From a virus (Duplodnaviria; Caudoviricetes), in IMG/VR virus record IMGVR_UViG_2643221578_000002, positions 19,782-83,781 of that record: a DNA stretch of 64,000 nucleotides; one strand, written 5' to 3'. The notes below the pieces were generated by a model that worked only from the letters and a program-made list of their open reading frames with translations, made no database searches and was not told where the DNA came from. Shown here piece by piece: positions 28,714 to 38,573 of the stretch (position 1 is the stretch's first letter; every line of letters begins with the position of its first letter). Both the position numbers and the translations under genes were made by a program.

Positions 28714-29415
28714 ATGGCCGACGACCTGCTCGTCATCATCCCGACCCGAGGACGCCCCCAGGCCGTCATGGCGCTCGTCAGGGCGTGGCACGACACGGGG
28801 GCGACCGCGGACCTGCTGTTCGCCGTCGACAACGACGACCCGGAGCTCGACGCGTACAAGCGTGAGGCCGCGAAGCTGAAGAGCAGCCAGTTCCGGTTCG
28901 TGTACGGGAAGCGGCTGCGACTCTGCGGCACCCTGAACCAGCAGGCGGTCAAGGCGGCCAAGCAGTACCGGTACCTCGCGTTCCTCGGCGACGACCACCG
29001 GCCGCGAACCGCCGGGTGGGATGAGCGCATTCGGATCTGCCTGTCCGGCGGGCCCGGTGTCGTGTACGGCAACGACCTCCTGATGGGGGAGCGGATGCCG
29101 ACCGCGGTCGCCATGACCTCCGACATCGTGCGCACCCTCGGCTACTTCAGCCCGCCAACCCTGGTGCACCTGTGCCTGGACCTGTGCTGGCTGGAGTGGG
29201 GCCGAGGGATGGGCCGGATCACCTACCTGGACGACATGGTGATCGAGCACCTACACCCTGCAGCGCAAAAGGCGGACCTCGATCAGGGCTACGAGGAGTG
29301 CAACAGCCCCGAGCAGGTGTCGGCCGACAGCGCCGCCTACTACGACTACCGGGACAACGGCGGGTTGGAAGCCGACCTGGCCAAGCTCCGGAAGCTCGTC
29401 GAGGAGGCATCGTGA
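28714..29415 (+). CDS. GT-A fold (family 2-like) glycosyltransferase
   Basis: VIIPTRGRP, VDNDD, FLGDD (DxD-like), IEHLHP. Confidence 0.8.
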   Translation: MADDLLVIIPTRGRPQAVMALVRAWHDTGATADLLFAVDNDDPELDAYKREAAKLKSSQFRFVYGKRLRLCGTLNQQAVKAAKQYRYLAFLGDDHRPRTAGWDERIRICLSGGPGVVYGNDLLMGERMPTAVAMTSDIVRTLGYFSPPTLVHLCLDLCWLEWGRGMGRITYLDDMVIEHLHPAAQKADLDQGYEECNSPEQVSADSAAYYDYRDNGGLEADLAKLRKLVEEAS

Positions 29416-29999
29416 CCGTCTACGACTACGACTGGGAGTTCCTGGAGGACGGCCGGACCATCGAGCCGATCTCCATCGGAATCGTCGCCAGCGACGGGCG
29501 CGAGTACTACGCCGTCAATGCGCTCCTCGCTTCCCGATTCAAGGGCTGGAGCCTCCGCCGCCGCATCCGCAAGAACCAGTGGCTGCTGGAGAACGTCATC
29601 TCGCATCTGCCGCAGCCCCATGGCGACTGGCGGCTCCACATGCCGAAGTCGTGGTTGTTCAACTACCACGACCCGGCCGTGAAGCCCATGTCGCGGATCG
29701 CCTCCGAGGTGAAGGCGTTCATCCTCGGCACGGATCCCGATGAACTTCCCGACGTTGAACTCTGGGCGAACTACGGGGCCTACGACCACGTCTGCCTCGC
29801 GCAGATGTGGGGTCGAATGATCGACCTGCCCGAGGGCGTCCCGATGTTCACCAGCGACATTCAGCAGGAAGCTCGCCGCCAGGGGCTCTCCTGGAAGGAC
29901 CTGCCGAAGCAGGAGTCCGGGGAGCACAACGCCCTCGCGGACGCCCGCCACAACCAAGTCGTTCGCCTCTGGCTCGCGAGCAGGCGGGAGGCATCGTGA
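29412..29999 (+). CDS. DEDDh 3'-5' exonuclease, RNase AS-like
   Basis: YDWEFLEDG..I..ISIGIV..DGREYYAV; WANYGAYDHV; HNALADARH. Confidence 0.85.
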   Translation: MTVYDYDWEFLEDGRTIEPISIGIVASDGREYYAVNALLASRFKGWSLRRRIRKNQWLLENVISHLPQPHGDWRLHMPKSWLFNYHDPAVKPMSRIASEVKAFILGTDPDELPDVELWANYGAYDHVCLAQMWGRMIDLPEGVPMFTSDIQQEARRQGLSWKDLPKQESGEHNALADARHNQVVRLWLASRREAS

Positions 30000-30595
30000 C
30001 CGCCGATGACGTCATCCGGGCGTGGGACCAGGCCGACCCCACCGCGATCCACCCCCTGCGGAACGTGTCCGAGGACGCCTACTGGGAGTCCGGAAAAGCC
30101 CAGGCCGCCATGCTCGCGTCGGTCATCCACGACGGGGCCAAGGTCCTCGACTTCGGGTGCGGCGACGGGCGCGTCGCCATCCCCATGGCCGCCCACGGGT
30201 TCGAGGTGACCGCCGTCGACGCCTCCCAGAACATGCTCGACCGGCTCGCCGACCGCGACCCCGACGTGACCACCGTCCAGGCCGACGCCGACGGCATCGC
30301 CGCACACCTCGGCCGACGCCGCATGGACGCCGTCTACAGCCTTGCCGTCCTCATCCACCACAGCTACCAGGACTGCCTCCACATCATCAGCAAGCTCCGG
30401 GCGGCCGCAAAGCTCGGCGGGATCCTCGTCCTCGACTGGCCCGTCGGTGCCCAGCCGTCTGAGGCCGACTTGTGGATCGGTGTCACCACATGGTCCCCGC
30501 AGCAGCAAGCCGAAGCCTGCGCAGTCATTGGGCTGGAGCCCGTCGACAGCGACCTGCCATGGGGCGTCTACCGGGCAGTGAAGGCAGGCAGCTGA
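29996..30595 (+). CDS. Class I SAM-dependent methyltransferase
   Basis: VLDFGCGDGR, VDAS, DAVYSLAVLIH, GGILVLD. Confidence 0.88.
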   Translation: MTADDVIRAWDQADPTAIHPLRNVSEDAYWESGKAQAAMLASVIHDGAKVLDFGCGDGRVAIPMAAHGFEVTAVDASQNMLDRLADRDPDVTTVQADADGIAAHLGRRRMDAVYSLAVLIHHSYQDCLHIISKLRAAAKLGGILVLDWPVGAQPSEADLWIGVTTWSPQQQAEACAVIGLEPVDSDLPWGVYRAVKAGS

Positions 30596-31464
30596 TGGAC
30601 GTCCTTCTCACCGGCCACCGGGGCTTCATCGGCAGACACCTCCACAGGGCCCTCGAAGAACGCGGCCACGACGTCCAGGGCGTCGACTACGAACGTCACC
30701 ACTCCGACGCCCTCGACTTCTTCCGCTACGACAACGGCCCCTGGGACCTTGCGATTCACTGTGCCGCGAACGTCGGCGGCCGGGCCAGCATCGACGGATC
30801 CCCGCTCGCCGTCGCCACCAACATGGCGTTGGACAGCTGGTACTTCCAGTGGCTCGTCCGCACCGGCACCCCGCGCGCCGTCTACTTCAGCTCGTCGGCG
30901 GCGTACCCCGTCGAGCTTCAGCAGCCCGGCGACATCCACCGGCTCGTCGAAGACGACATCGACCTCAACAACCCCGGCCTCCCCGACGCCAGCTACGGCC
31001 TCGCGAAGGTGACGGGGGAGCGGCTCGCCGCCTATGCCGAAGTCGAAGGGTGCCGCGTCCACGTGCTCCGCCCCTTCTCCGGCTACGGCGAGGACCAGGC
31101 GGACTGCTACCCGTTCCCCGCATTCATCGGCCGGGCCAAGCGCCGCGAAGATCCCTTCGAAGTCTGGGGCGACGGCAGCTCAACCCGCGACTGGATCCAC
31201 GTAGACGACGTCGTCGGAGCCACCCTTGCCGCCATCGACCACGACGTCACCGGCCCGGTCAACCTCGGCTGGGGGCGCGCCACATCCTTCGACCAGCTCG
31301 CCGGCTACGTCACCGCTGCCGCCGGCTACAGCCCGCGCATCAAGCACCTGCCCGGCGCCCCGCAGGGGGTGCATCACCGGGTGTGCGACCCGACGCGGAT
31401 GCTCGGCTTCTACCAGCCCACGGTGACCCTGGAAGAGGGCATTCGGCGGGCACTCGACTCCTGA
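30595..31464 (+). CDS. NAD-dependent nucleotide-sugar epimerase/dehydratase
   Basis: TGHRGFIG, FSSSAAY, YGLAK (YxxxK), RDWIHVDD. Confidence 0.9.
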   Translation: MDVLLTGHRGFIGRHLHRALEERGHDVQGVDYERHHSDALDFFRYDNGPWDLAIHCAANVGGRASIDGSPLAVATNMALDSWYFQWLVRTGTPRAVYFSSSAAYPVELQQPGDIHRLVEDDIDLNNPGLPDASYGLAKVTGERLAAYAEVEGCRVHVLRPFSGYGEDQADCYPFPAFIGRAKRREDPFEVWGDGSSTRDWIHVDDVVGATLAAIDHDVTGPVNLGWGRATSFDQLAGYVTAAAGYSPRIKHLPGAPQGVHHRVCDPTRMLGFYQPTVTLEEGIRRALDS

Positions 31465-31674
31465 CCTACGCGGCGGCGTGATCCCTATCCGCATGCTCGG
31501 ACAGAAGCCGCTCGGCCATCTCAAGCGAGGGCACCGGAACCGTGGCCCACTGCTGTTCGGTGGCATGCGGCTGGTCACAGAACCCCCGCCACGCGTCGCC
31601 CTCTTCTTCAAGCACGGACGTCAGACGCTCAACCCTCATGCCAGTCTCCATGGCCCGAGCATAGGAACCCCACC

Positions 31675-31862
31675 ATGGCTTCCCCGGACATCAGCGGATT
31701 GCGGACCTCGAACGCGAACTCGGCATCGGGCAGCCCGAACCTGAGCCCGAGCGTGGCGTGTACCCGGACAAGCTCGTGTGCCTAATCAAGAACTGCGACG
31801 GCACCGACTACGAAATCCGCACCTGGACTGGGCTTCTCACGAGGCGCATCCACCAACACTGA
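31675..31862 (+). pseudogene. Possible frameshifted small gene (MASPD / HQRIADLERELG...)
   Basis: RBS and ATG at 31675; protein-like frame continues only after a -1 shift at about 31689 and has no start of its own. Confidence 0.35.
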
Positions 31863-31882
31863 ACCCTCGGAAGGCCCGCGCC

Positions 31883-32987
31883 ATGACTCGGTACTCCGCC
31901 ACGATGCGCATGCGCCCCCCAGGGTTCGTCGAACGCCTCTGGTACTGGCGGCTCGGGATCCGCGCACCGCTGTCCGTCGGCACCACCCGCGACCTGTCGA
32001 GCGAGAAGTGGGTGCGACTCCTCCCGCAACGCTGGATTCGCCTCCACCGCGACTACGCCCGGAAGCACCACCTCTTCTGGCTGCCCTGCCTCCTCTGCAC
32101 CGCCCACTACGGCGGCCACCAGTCCGGCGGCAGCATCCCCGACCCCGAGTACGGCCCCGGCTCCGGGCGCAGCGTCGGCATCTGCCCCCGCTGCACACGC
32201 GCCGGACGCCACGTCGAACCGTCCGAAGACGACCTGCACGACTGACCCTCACGGAGCCCGCGCCATGGCCACCTACCTCATCACCTACGACGACGGCAGC
32301 AACCAGGAGCTCACCGTCGACAGCATCGTGTACGACGGCGACCAGTACATCGCCCGCGCCAGCGGCCAGATTGCCGCCTACATTCGACCGCTCGACGTCC
32401 GCAGCATCATCCGGACTGACCAGGCGGTGAGCAACTGATGGCCCGCTTGCAGATCCTCGAACTTCCCGAGGGCGCCGGAGACGACCGGCCGCCATTCGTA
32501 CTCGTCATCGACCAGTACGAGCCCGTCGAAGCCACGCCCTCACGGCTCTTCCGTCACCAGGACATGGCCGAGCAGACCGGCGCCCGAGCCGTCCTCGTCT
32601 TCGAAGACACCATCGACATCCCCGCCAACGACACCAGCGCCTACGCGCAGTCGACCGCCGCGCTCCACCTCGGCGACCACGAAGTACGCGGCGACATCAC
32701 CGTCGACAACGCAGCCAAGATCGTCGACTCACTCGACCCGAGCCGACATGGCTGACCAGCAGATCGGGCAACTCCTCGACACCCTCGGCGTCACCGCCGA
32801 CCTCGACGACGAAGACCTCCCCGTCGACGCCCTCGTCCTCATCAAAATCGTGAAGCCCGACGGTGCGATCTCCTTCATCAAAGCCACCTCCGAATCCCTC
32901 GACTGGATCACCAGCCTCGGCATGCTCACCGCCGCCCTCCACATCGAGAACAACGGCTACGTCAACGTCGCCGACGAAGACGACTGA
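31883..32987 (+). other. Four small hypothetical genes (31883-32245, 32265-32438, 32438-32755, 32748-32987)
   Basis: RBS-preceded or overlapping starts. Confidence 0.55.
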
Positions 32988-32997
32988 GGAGACGGGC

Positions 32998-33291
32998 ATG
33001 AGCGGAGGATGGGCCAACTCGGACCGCAAGAGCCGGCTACCCAGCGGGTGGGCCAAGATCCGGGCGCGCATCCTCGAACGGGACAGGATCTGCGTTCTGT
33101 GTGGCGTCAGGCCCAGCCAGTTCTGCGACCACATCATCGCCAAGGCCGACCTCAACGGAGACTCGGACCTCCAGGGCGTCTGTGGGCCATGTCATGATCA
33201 GAAAAGTGCACGTGAAGGGGCAGCCGCCGCCAAGGCCAAGGGCCGGCCCAGCCGCACCAGACCGCCCGAGCAACACCCCGGCCTCCTCTGA
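32998..33291 (+). CDS. Terminase-associated HNH endonuclease
   Basis: WAKIRARILERD..CVLC...DHI...LQGVCGPCHDQKS; upstream of terminase. Confidence 0.88.
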   Translation: MSGGWANSDRKSRLPSGWAKIRARILERDRICVLCGVRPSQFCDHIIAKADLNGDSDLQGVCGPCHDQKSAREGAAAAKAKGRPSRTRPPEQHPGLL

Positions 33292-33514
33292 CAAGGCGGT
33301 GACCATGCCCGCCTACCTCATCCGGCACCCCGGCAAAACCAGCGACGACCTCCTCGTCGAAGACCCCGCCCTCACCCTCCACTTCGAACACGGGTGGGCC
33401 GTGTTCACCGACGCGGCCGGCGCCTGCCTCGCCATCCCGGCTGAGGCTGGCGCCCACATCGAGCGGGTAGACGAACCCCAAGACGAGCCCGCGCCGCAGA
33501 AGGAGTGATCCAAC

Positions 33515-33766
33515 GTGGCGAGTAAGGGACGAAGCGGTCGCGGACGGAGTCAACGAGGCAACGCCGAAACGCTGCGTCGGTTCTGGACCAGCGGAGCCGG
33601 TGCAAGCCGCATCCGATGGGGGACACCGGGTGACTGGACCAGGTGCAACCGGCAGCTGTCCCGCTACATGGGAGCCAGGGCCAAGGGCTACTGCCAGCTC
33701 ATGCACCGACGGGCAACCGGGGCCTACACCGGCAGCAGGGCCAACGCCGGCCGACGGCGACGCTGA
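33515..33766 (+). CDS. Small basic phage protein
   Basis: AAGGAG RBS; LRRFWT.G.G..RIRWGTPGDWTRC...KGYC..MH; follows ORF 33305-33508. Confidence 0.7.
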   Translation: MASKGRSGRGRSQRGNAETLRRFWTSGAGASRIRWGTPGDWTRCNRQLSRYMGARAKGYCQLMHRRATGAYTGSRANAGRRRR

Positions 33767-33905
33767 CGCATCAGCATGCGAGACGACAGTCGATCACCCA
33801 GGACGGGCGGCGAGGCCGGGGCCCACACGGCCCCGGGGCTGCCAGGGCCGGGCTGGCCGGCCAGGGCAGGCAGTAGGGCGAGGTCGTGATGGTCATGTGT
33901 CAGGT

Positions 33906-34143
33906 GATCATGCGATTGGTGATCAAGGCTTAGTGATCAAGGATCAAGATCGAATCTGATTCGAAGATCATCAAATGAAGATCAAAAGCGAATCGATCAA
34001 GGAACCTGGAGCCTGCATCGATCGATGCGCAGACCAAATCTCATGATCCCGAAGAGGATCAGCCGGCCCGGGGGGTGACCCCCTCCCGACGATCTTCAGG
34101 GATCGGGGCCGTGTAGCACCTCACTTTCTGCGTGCGCTTGATC
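33906..34143. repeat. AT-rich cluster of 14 GATC sites upstream of the small terminase; probable packaging (cos/pac) or origin region
   Basis: GATC at 33906, 33921, 33935, 33942, 33948, 33966, 33980, 33995, 34020, 34045, 34057, 34091, 34101, 34140. Confidence 0.75.
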
Positions 34144-34193
34144 TGTATTTTTTCGGCCCCTGGTGGGCCGGCCGAGGCCCCAGGAGGGTCGCC

Positions 34194-34553
34194 ATGACAG
34201 CGAAGCATGATCCGCCTGCGGGTCTCGGTGACAAGGCCCTGGTGGTCTGGACCGAAATCTCCGAGGGCTACGACCTGCGCATTGACGAGCTCCGCGTGTT
34301 GGAGGACGCATGCCGGGAGATCGATCTGATCGAGCGGCTTGAGGCCGACCTGCAGCACGCTGAACTGATCGTGACGGGAAGCATGGGGCAGCCCGTGGCC
34401 TCGCCACTGGTGCAGGAGCTCCGCCAGCATCGCGGCGTCCTGGCCCGGCTGCTGGGCTGGTTGAAGCTGCCGGACGAGGAAGCGCCAGCCGCCGGTGGTC
34501 GCTCGGCTTCGGCTCGCCAGGCCGCGATGACGCGGTGGGGTCGTGGCGCGTAG
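34194..34553 (+). CDS. Terminase small subunit
   Basis: AGGAGG RBS; PPAGLG..A..VW...LEDACREID...GSMGQPVASPLVQELRQHR. Confidence 0.85.
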   Translation: MTAKHDPPAGLGDKALVVWTEISEGYDLRIDELRVLEDACREIDLIERLEADLQHAELIVTGSMGQPVASPLVQELRQHRGVLARLLGWLKLPDEEAPAAGGRSASARQAAMTRWGRGA

Positions 34554-36321
34554 GCGAGTAGCCGAGCGGCGTGATGACGGGGCTGCTGACGTCATCAGGT
34601 ACTACGAGGACCGCCTGCACAGGGCGGCTGATGTGGTGCAGCTGGAGTGGGAGCCGAAGCTGATCGGGCCGACATGGCAACGACAGCCGGACGGTTCCTG
34701 GTTGCTTCCGGAACGGACGCTCGGTTGGCACGCGCTGGGATGGACGGGCCAGTGGTTGCAGCACTCGCGTGGCGTGCCGTGGCGGTTCACTGACGAGCAG
34801 GCTCGATTTGTCCTGTGGTGGTACGCCCTGGCGGAGGATGGCTCCTTCTTGTTCCGCGATGGGGTCCTCCAGCGCCTGAAGGGCTGGGGGAAGGACCCGG
34901 TTGGTGCGTGCCTTTGTGGGATTGAGGCGTTCGGGCCGTGCCGGTTCGCCGAGTGGGCTGACGACGGTTCGCCGGTGGCAACGGACAGCCCGGAGGCTTG
35001 GTGTCAGACGGCCGCGGTGAGCCTTGAGCAGACGAAGAACACGATGCGGCTCTTCCCTTCCTTGTTCACGGCTGAGGCCAAGGAGGAGTACCGGATTCAG
35101 GTCGGTAAGGAGACGGTCAACGGGCTGGGGGACTCTCGCCTCATCCAGGCGGTGACGTCTTCTCCGGCGACGTTGGAGGGCGCGCGTGCCACGTTCGTTC
35201 TGCTGAACGAGACCCATCACTGGGACTCTTCGAACTCCGGGCTCGACATGGCGGACGTGATCGAGCGCAATGCCACGAAGTCTGCTGATGGCGCGGCACG
35301 GACGCTGCGCATCACAAACGCCTATGAGCCAGGCCAGGACTCGGTGGCCGAACGGGACCGGGAGGCCTTCGAGGCCGTGGATGCGGGCAGAGTCATTGAC
35401 TCCGGTCTGCTGTACGACTCGATCGAGGCGCACCCTGAGGCTCCGTTGACGGTGGAGGCGGCCCCTGCGGTGATCCGGTCGGTCCGCGGGGATGCCACGT
35501 GGCTGAACGTGGACCGGATCGTGAAGTCGATCTCGGACGTGCGGAACCCGCCGAGCCGTTCGCGGCGCTTTTGGTACAACATGATCGTTGCTGCTGAGGA
35601 CGCTTGGATGGCGCCTTACGAGTGGGACGCATGCAAGGCCGACGGCCTCGATGTCTCGGAGAGCGAGGACGTTGTCCTGTTCTTCGACGGATCGAAGTCC
35701 GATGACGCCACCGCCTTGGTGGGATGCCGCATGTCGGACGGGCACATCTTCACGCTGGGCGTGTGGCAGCGCCCCGCCGGCTGGGATCCAGAGGTCCCTT
35801 GGCAGGTCCCTCGGGAGGACGTCGACGGTGTAGTTGGCCGCGCGTTCGCCCTCTACAAGGTGTTGGCGTTCTTCTGTGACCCGGGGTCCGGAAAGGACGA
35901 CGACGGCGAGCGCTACTGGGACCCGTTCCTAGACGACTGGGGTCAGCGGCACGGGACGAAGCTCATCCTCCATGCGGTCACCGCAGGTCCGAAGCAGCAC
36001 GCCGTTCGCTGGGACATGGGCGACCGAAGGCACCAGGAGGAGTTCACGGACGCAGTGACCCGCACGAGGGAAGACATTCTCGAACGCCGGCTGACTCACG
36101 ACGGTCACAAGATCTTGCGGACGCACGTGGCAAACGCTCGCCGCCGGACGAATGCCTGGGGCATCACGATCGGCAAGGAGCACCGTGAATCCGCTCGGAA
36201 GATTGACCTCGCGATCTGCATGGTGGGCGCTCGGATGTTGAGGCGTCGGCTTCTCAACAGCAAGCAGTACGGGAAACGGCCGAAGTCGCGCGGCAAGGGA
36301 CGGGTGGTGGTGTTGCGATGA
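34543..36321 (+). CDS. Terminase large subunit
   Basis: RLKGWGKD Walker A, LLNETHHW Walker B, FDGSKSDDATAL and KIDLA nuclease motifs. Confidence 0.95.
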   Translation: MARRRVAERRDDGAADVIRYYEDRLHRAADVVQLEWEPKLIGPTWQRQPDGSWLLPERTLGWHALGWTGQWLQHSRGVPWRFTDEQARFVLWWYALAEDGSFLFRDGVLQRLKGWGKDPVGACLCGIEAFGPCRFAEWADDGSPVATDSPEAWCQTAAVSLEQTKNTMRLFPSLFTAEAKEEYRIQVGKETVNGLGDSRLIQAVTSSPATLEGARATFVLLNETHHWDSSNSGLDMADVIERNATKSADGAARTLRITNAYEPGQDSVAERDREAFEAVDAGRVIDSGLLYDSIEAHPEAPLTVEAAPAVIRSVRGDATWLNVDRIVKSISDVRNPPSRSRRFWYNMIVAAEDAWMAPYEWDACKADGLDVSESEDVVLFFDGSKSDDATALVGCRMSDGHIFTLGVWQRPAGWDPEVPWQVPREDVDGVVGRAFALYKVLAFFCDPGSGKDDDGERYWDPFLDDWGQRHGTKLILHAVTAGPKQHAVRWDMGDRRHQEEFTDAVTRTREDILERRLTHDGHKILRTHVANARRRTNAWGITIGKEHRESARKIDLAICMVGARMLRRRLLNSKQYGKRPKSRGKGRVVVLR

Positions 36322-37763
36322 CCGTCTCTATCCCCGAACTGCCGCTGGTGCATCTGTCGGATGACGAGATGGCGTTGATCAACGTTTTGCGTGCCGACAT
36401 GCTGCGTGACCGTTGGACGCTGCAGTTGAGGGACGCGTATTTCAACGGGGAGCAGCTGATCCGTGACTTGGGCATCAGTATTCCGCCGCAGCTCAAGGGC
36501 TTGCACACGGTGATTGGCTGGCCCCGGGTTGGTGTGGAGTCTCTGGAGGAGCGCCTGGACCTGGAGGCGTTTCGGTGGGGTGACGGTTCCGACTCTTCGG
36601 AGCTGAAGGAGATTGTCACGGCGAATGATCTCCTGGACGAGTCAAGCCTTGGGCACCTGGACGCCCTGGTCTATGGGCGCGAGTACGTCACCATCGGATC
36701 TGGTGATGATGACGGTTCCCCGCCGCTGATCAGCGTGGAGTCGCCGTTGGACATGACGCTGATGTGGGATGCCCGCATCCGGATGGGTGTTGCGGGGCTG
36801 CGCGAGTGTCAGTCGGATGAGCTGGTCGAGTCGGGTGCCGACGAGCGGATGATCGTCCTGTACCTGCCGAATCAGACGGTGACAGCGCTGCCGAATCCGT
36901 CGGGCGGCTGGGAGGTCGTCGACCGGGACGTTCACAACCTGGGTGTGGTGCCGATCGTCAGGTTGGCGAACCGGCAGCGAACGGCTGACCGCGTGGGCAA
37001 GTCGGAGATCACTCCGGACGTCATGAGCATCACGGACGCGGCCTGCCGCCGGCTGATGGGCATTGAGGTGGCCGCCGAGTTTTTTGGGGCTCCGCAACGC
37101 TACATTTTGGGCGCCAGCGAGTCGGCGTTTCAGGATGCTGAGGGCAACGCGAAGTCGGCGTGGGAGACGTACATCGGCCGTGTCCTCGCGTTGGAGCGGG
37201 ATGAGGATGGTGCGGTCCCGACGGTGGGCCAGTTCGCGGCCCATGACCCGTCTGGCCAGACGAAGATCATTGACCTGTATGCGCGGATCATGTCCAGCCA
37301 GTTCGGGCTGCCGCCGCACATGCTCGGCTACACCACGGACAACCCGGCGAGCGCGGACGCGATCCGCAGCACCGAGGCGAAGTTGGTGAAGCGCAGCGAG
37401 CGTCGTATCCGCCGCTTCGGTTCCCGTTGGGAGGAGGCCATGCGTCTCGCCCTGTGGGTGCGGGATGGTGAGCCGCCGGACAGGACCCGCCGTATTGAGA
37501 CGGTGTGGCGGAATCCGGCGACGCCGACGGTGGCCGCGCAGGCGGACGCCACGGTCAAGCTCGTCCAGGCGAACATCATCCCCGCTGACTCTGATGTGGC
37601 TCTGGAGATGGCCGGGTTCACCGAAGGCCAACGTCAGCGCATTCGTGCGGACCGCCAGCGCGCTCGTGGCACTGCGGTGCTGGAACGTTTGGCGGCGCTG
37701 GGCGAGGCCGATGACGCGGCGCGGTCTCCGGAGGTCGTTGATGGCGACGTTGGTCTCGGATGA
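36318..37763 (+). CDS. Portal protein (SPP1 gp6-like)
   Basis: Position after terminase; HNLGVVPIV..ANR, G.SEI, PQRYILG, NPASADAI. Confidence 0.92.
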   Translation: MTVSIPELPLVHLSDDEMALINVLRADMLRDRWTLQLRDAYFNGEQLIRDLGISIPPQLKGLHTVIGWPRVGVESLEERLDLEAFRWGDGSDSSELKEIVTANDLLDESSLGHLDALVYGREYVTIGSGDDDGSPPLISVESPLDMTLMWDARIRMGVAGLRECQSDELVESGADERMIVLYLPNQTVTALPNPSGGWEVVDRDVHNLGVVPIVRLANRQRTADRVGKSEITPDVMSITDAACRRLMGIEVAAEFFGAPQRYILGASESAFQDAEGNAKSAWETYIGRVLALERDEDGAVPTVGQFAAHDPSGQTKIIDLYARIMSSQFGLPPHMLGYTTDNPASADAIRSTEAKLVKRSERRIRRFGSRWEEAMRLALWVRDGEPPDRTRRIETVWRNPATPTVAAQADATVKLVQANIIPADSDVALEMAGFTEGQRQRIRADRQRARGTAVLERLAALGEADDAARSPEVVDGDVGLG

Positions 37764-38496
37764 CAGTGCGGGTGCCCGGCGGCAGCGGCAGGTGCAGCGC
37801 GGTTTGTCGCGGCTGCTGGTGCGGGATGTGCGCAAGCTCCGCCGCCTGATCATTCCGTCGCGGATGCAGGAGACGGTCCCGGACTGGATCGAGGCTGTGC
37901 GCGCCCTGGTTGGCGAATACGGCGCTGCCTCGGCTTCGGCGGCGGCGGACTTCTATGAGGCGGAGCGGGTTGCCGCCCGGGTGACGGGCCGGTTCACGGT
38001 GCCGCTGCTGGATCCGCCGCCGGATGAGCAGGTCGACAACAGCCTGCGGTGGGCCACGAAGGACCTGTGGCCCCGCGACCCTGACGACCCCAAGACGACC
38101 GCCGCCCAGCGGGCCCCGTTGGAGGTCCGGCTGGAGGCGGCGGAGAAGAAGGCGGAGGGGGTTGCCCAGAAGCTGGTCACGGACCAGGGGAGGGGCGCTG
38201 TGCAGGCCGCGGTCCAGCAGGACCGTATGGCCGTCGGCTACGCCCGCGCCGCCGCGTTGGGGGCTTGCGCGTTCTGCCGGCTCCTGGCGGCCCGCGGCAT
38301 GGTGTTCAAGCAGGACACCGCCGATTTCCGGGCTCACGACGGCTGTAACTGCGGCGTGATCCCGGTGTTTCGCGGGCAGCGTTTTGAGCTGTCCGCCCAT
38401 GCGCAGGAGTGGGACCGGTTGTACCGCGAGTACGCGGCCCCATATCCGGGTGATCAGCTGCGCCGGTTCCGGCGCGCGATTGCCGAGCACGGCTAG
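37741..38496 (+). CDS. Minor capsid / head maturation protein (MuF-like)
   Basis: ACAFCRLLAARG...AHDGCNCGVIP motif; position after portal. Confidence 0.75.
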   Translation: MATLVSDDSAGARRQRQVQRGLSRLLVRDVRKLRRLIIPSRMQETVPDWIEAVRALVGEYGAASASAAADFYEAERVAARVTGRFTVPLLDPPPDEQVDNSLRWATKDLWPRDPDDPKTTAAQRAPLEVRLEAAEKKAEGVAQKLVTDQGRGAVQAAVQQDRMAVGYARAAALGACAFCRLLAARGMVFKQDTADFRAHDGCNCGVIPVFRGQRFELSAHAQEWDRLYREYAAPYPGDQLRRFRRAIAEHG

Positions 38497-38573
38497 TCCG
38501 CGCTCACTTCACATCCTGGTCGCCCTGGTGGCGGCCTTTCTCATTTCGACAGCCCCTGGAGGGCCGATTCGTC

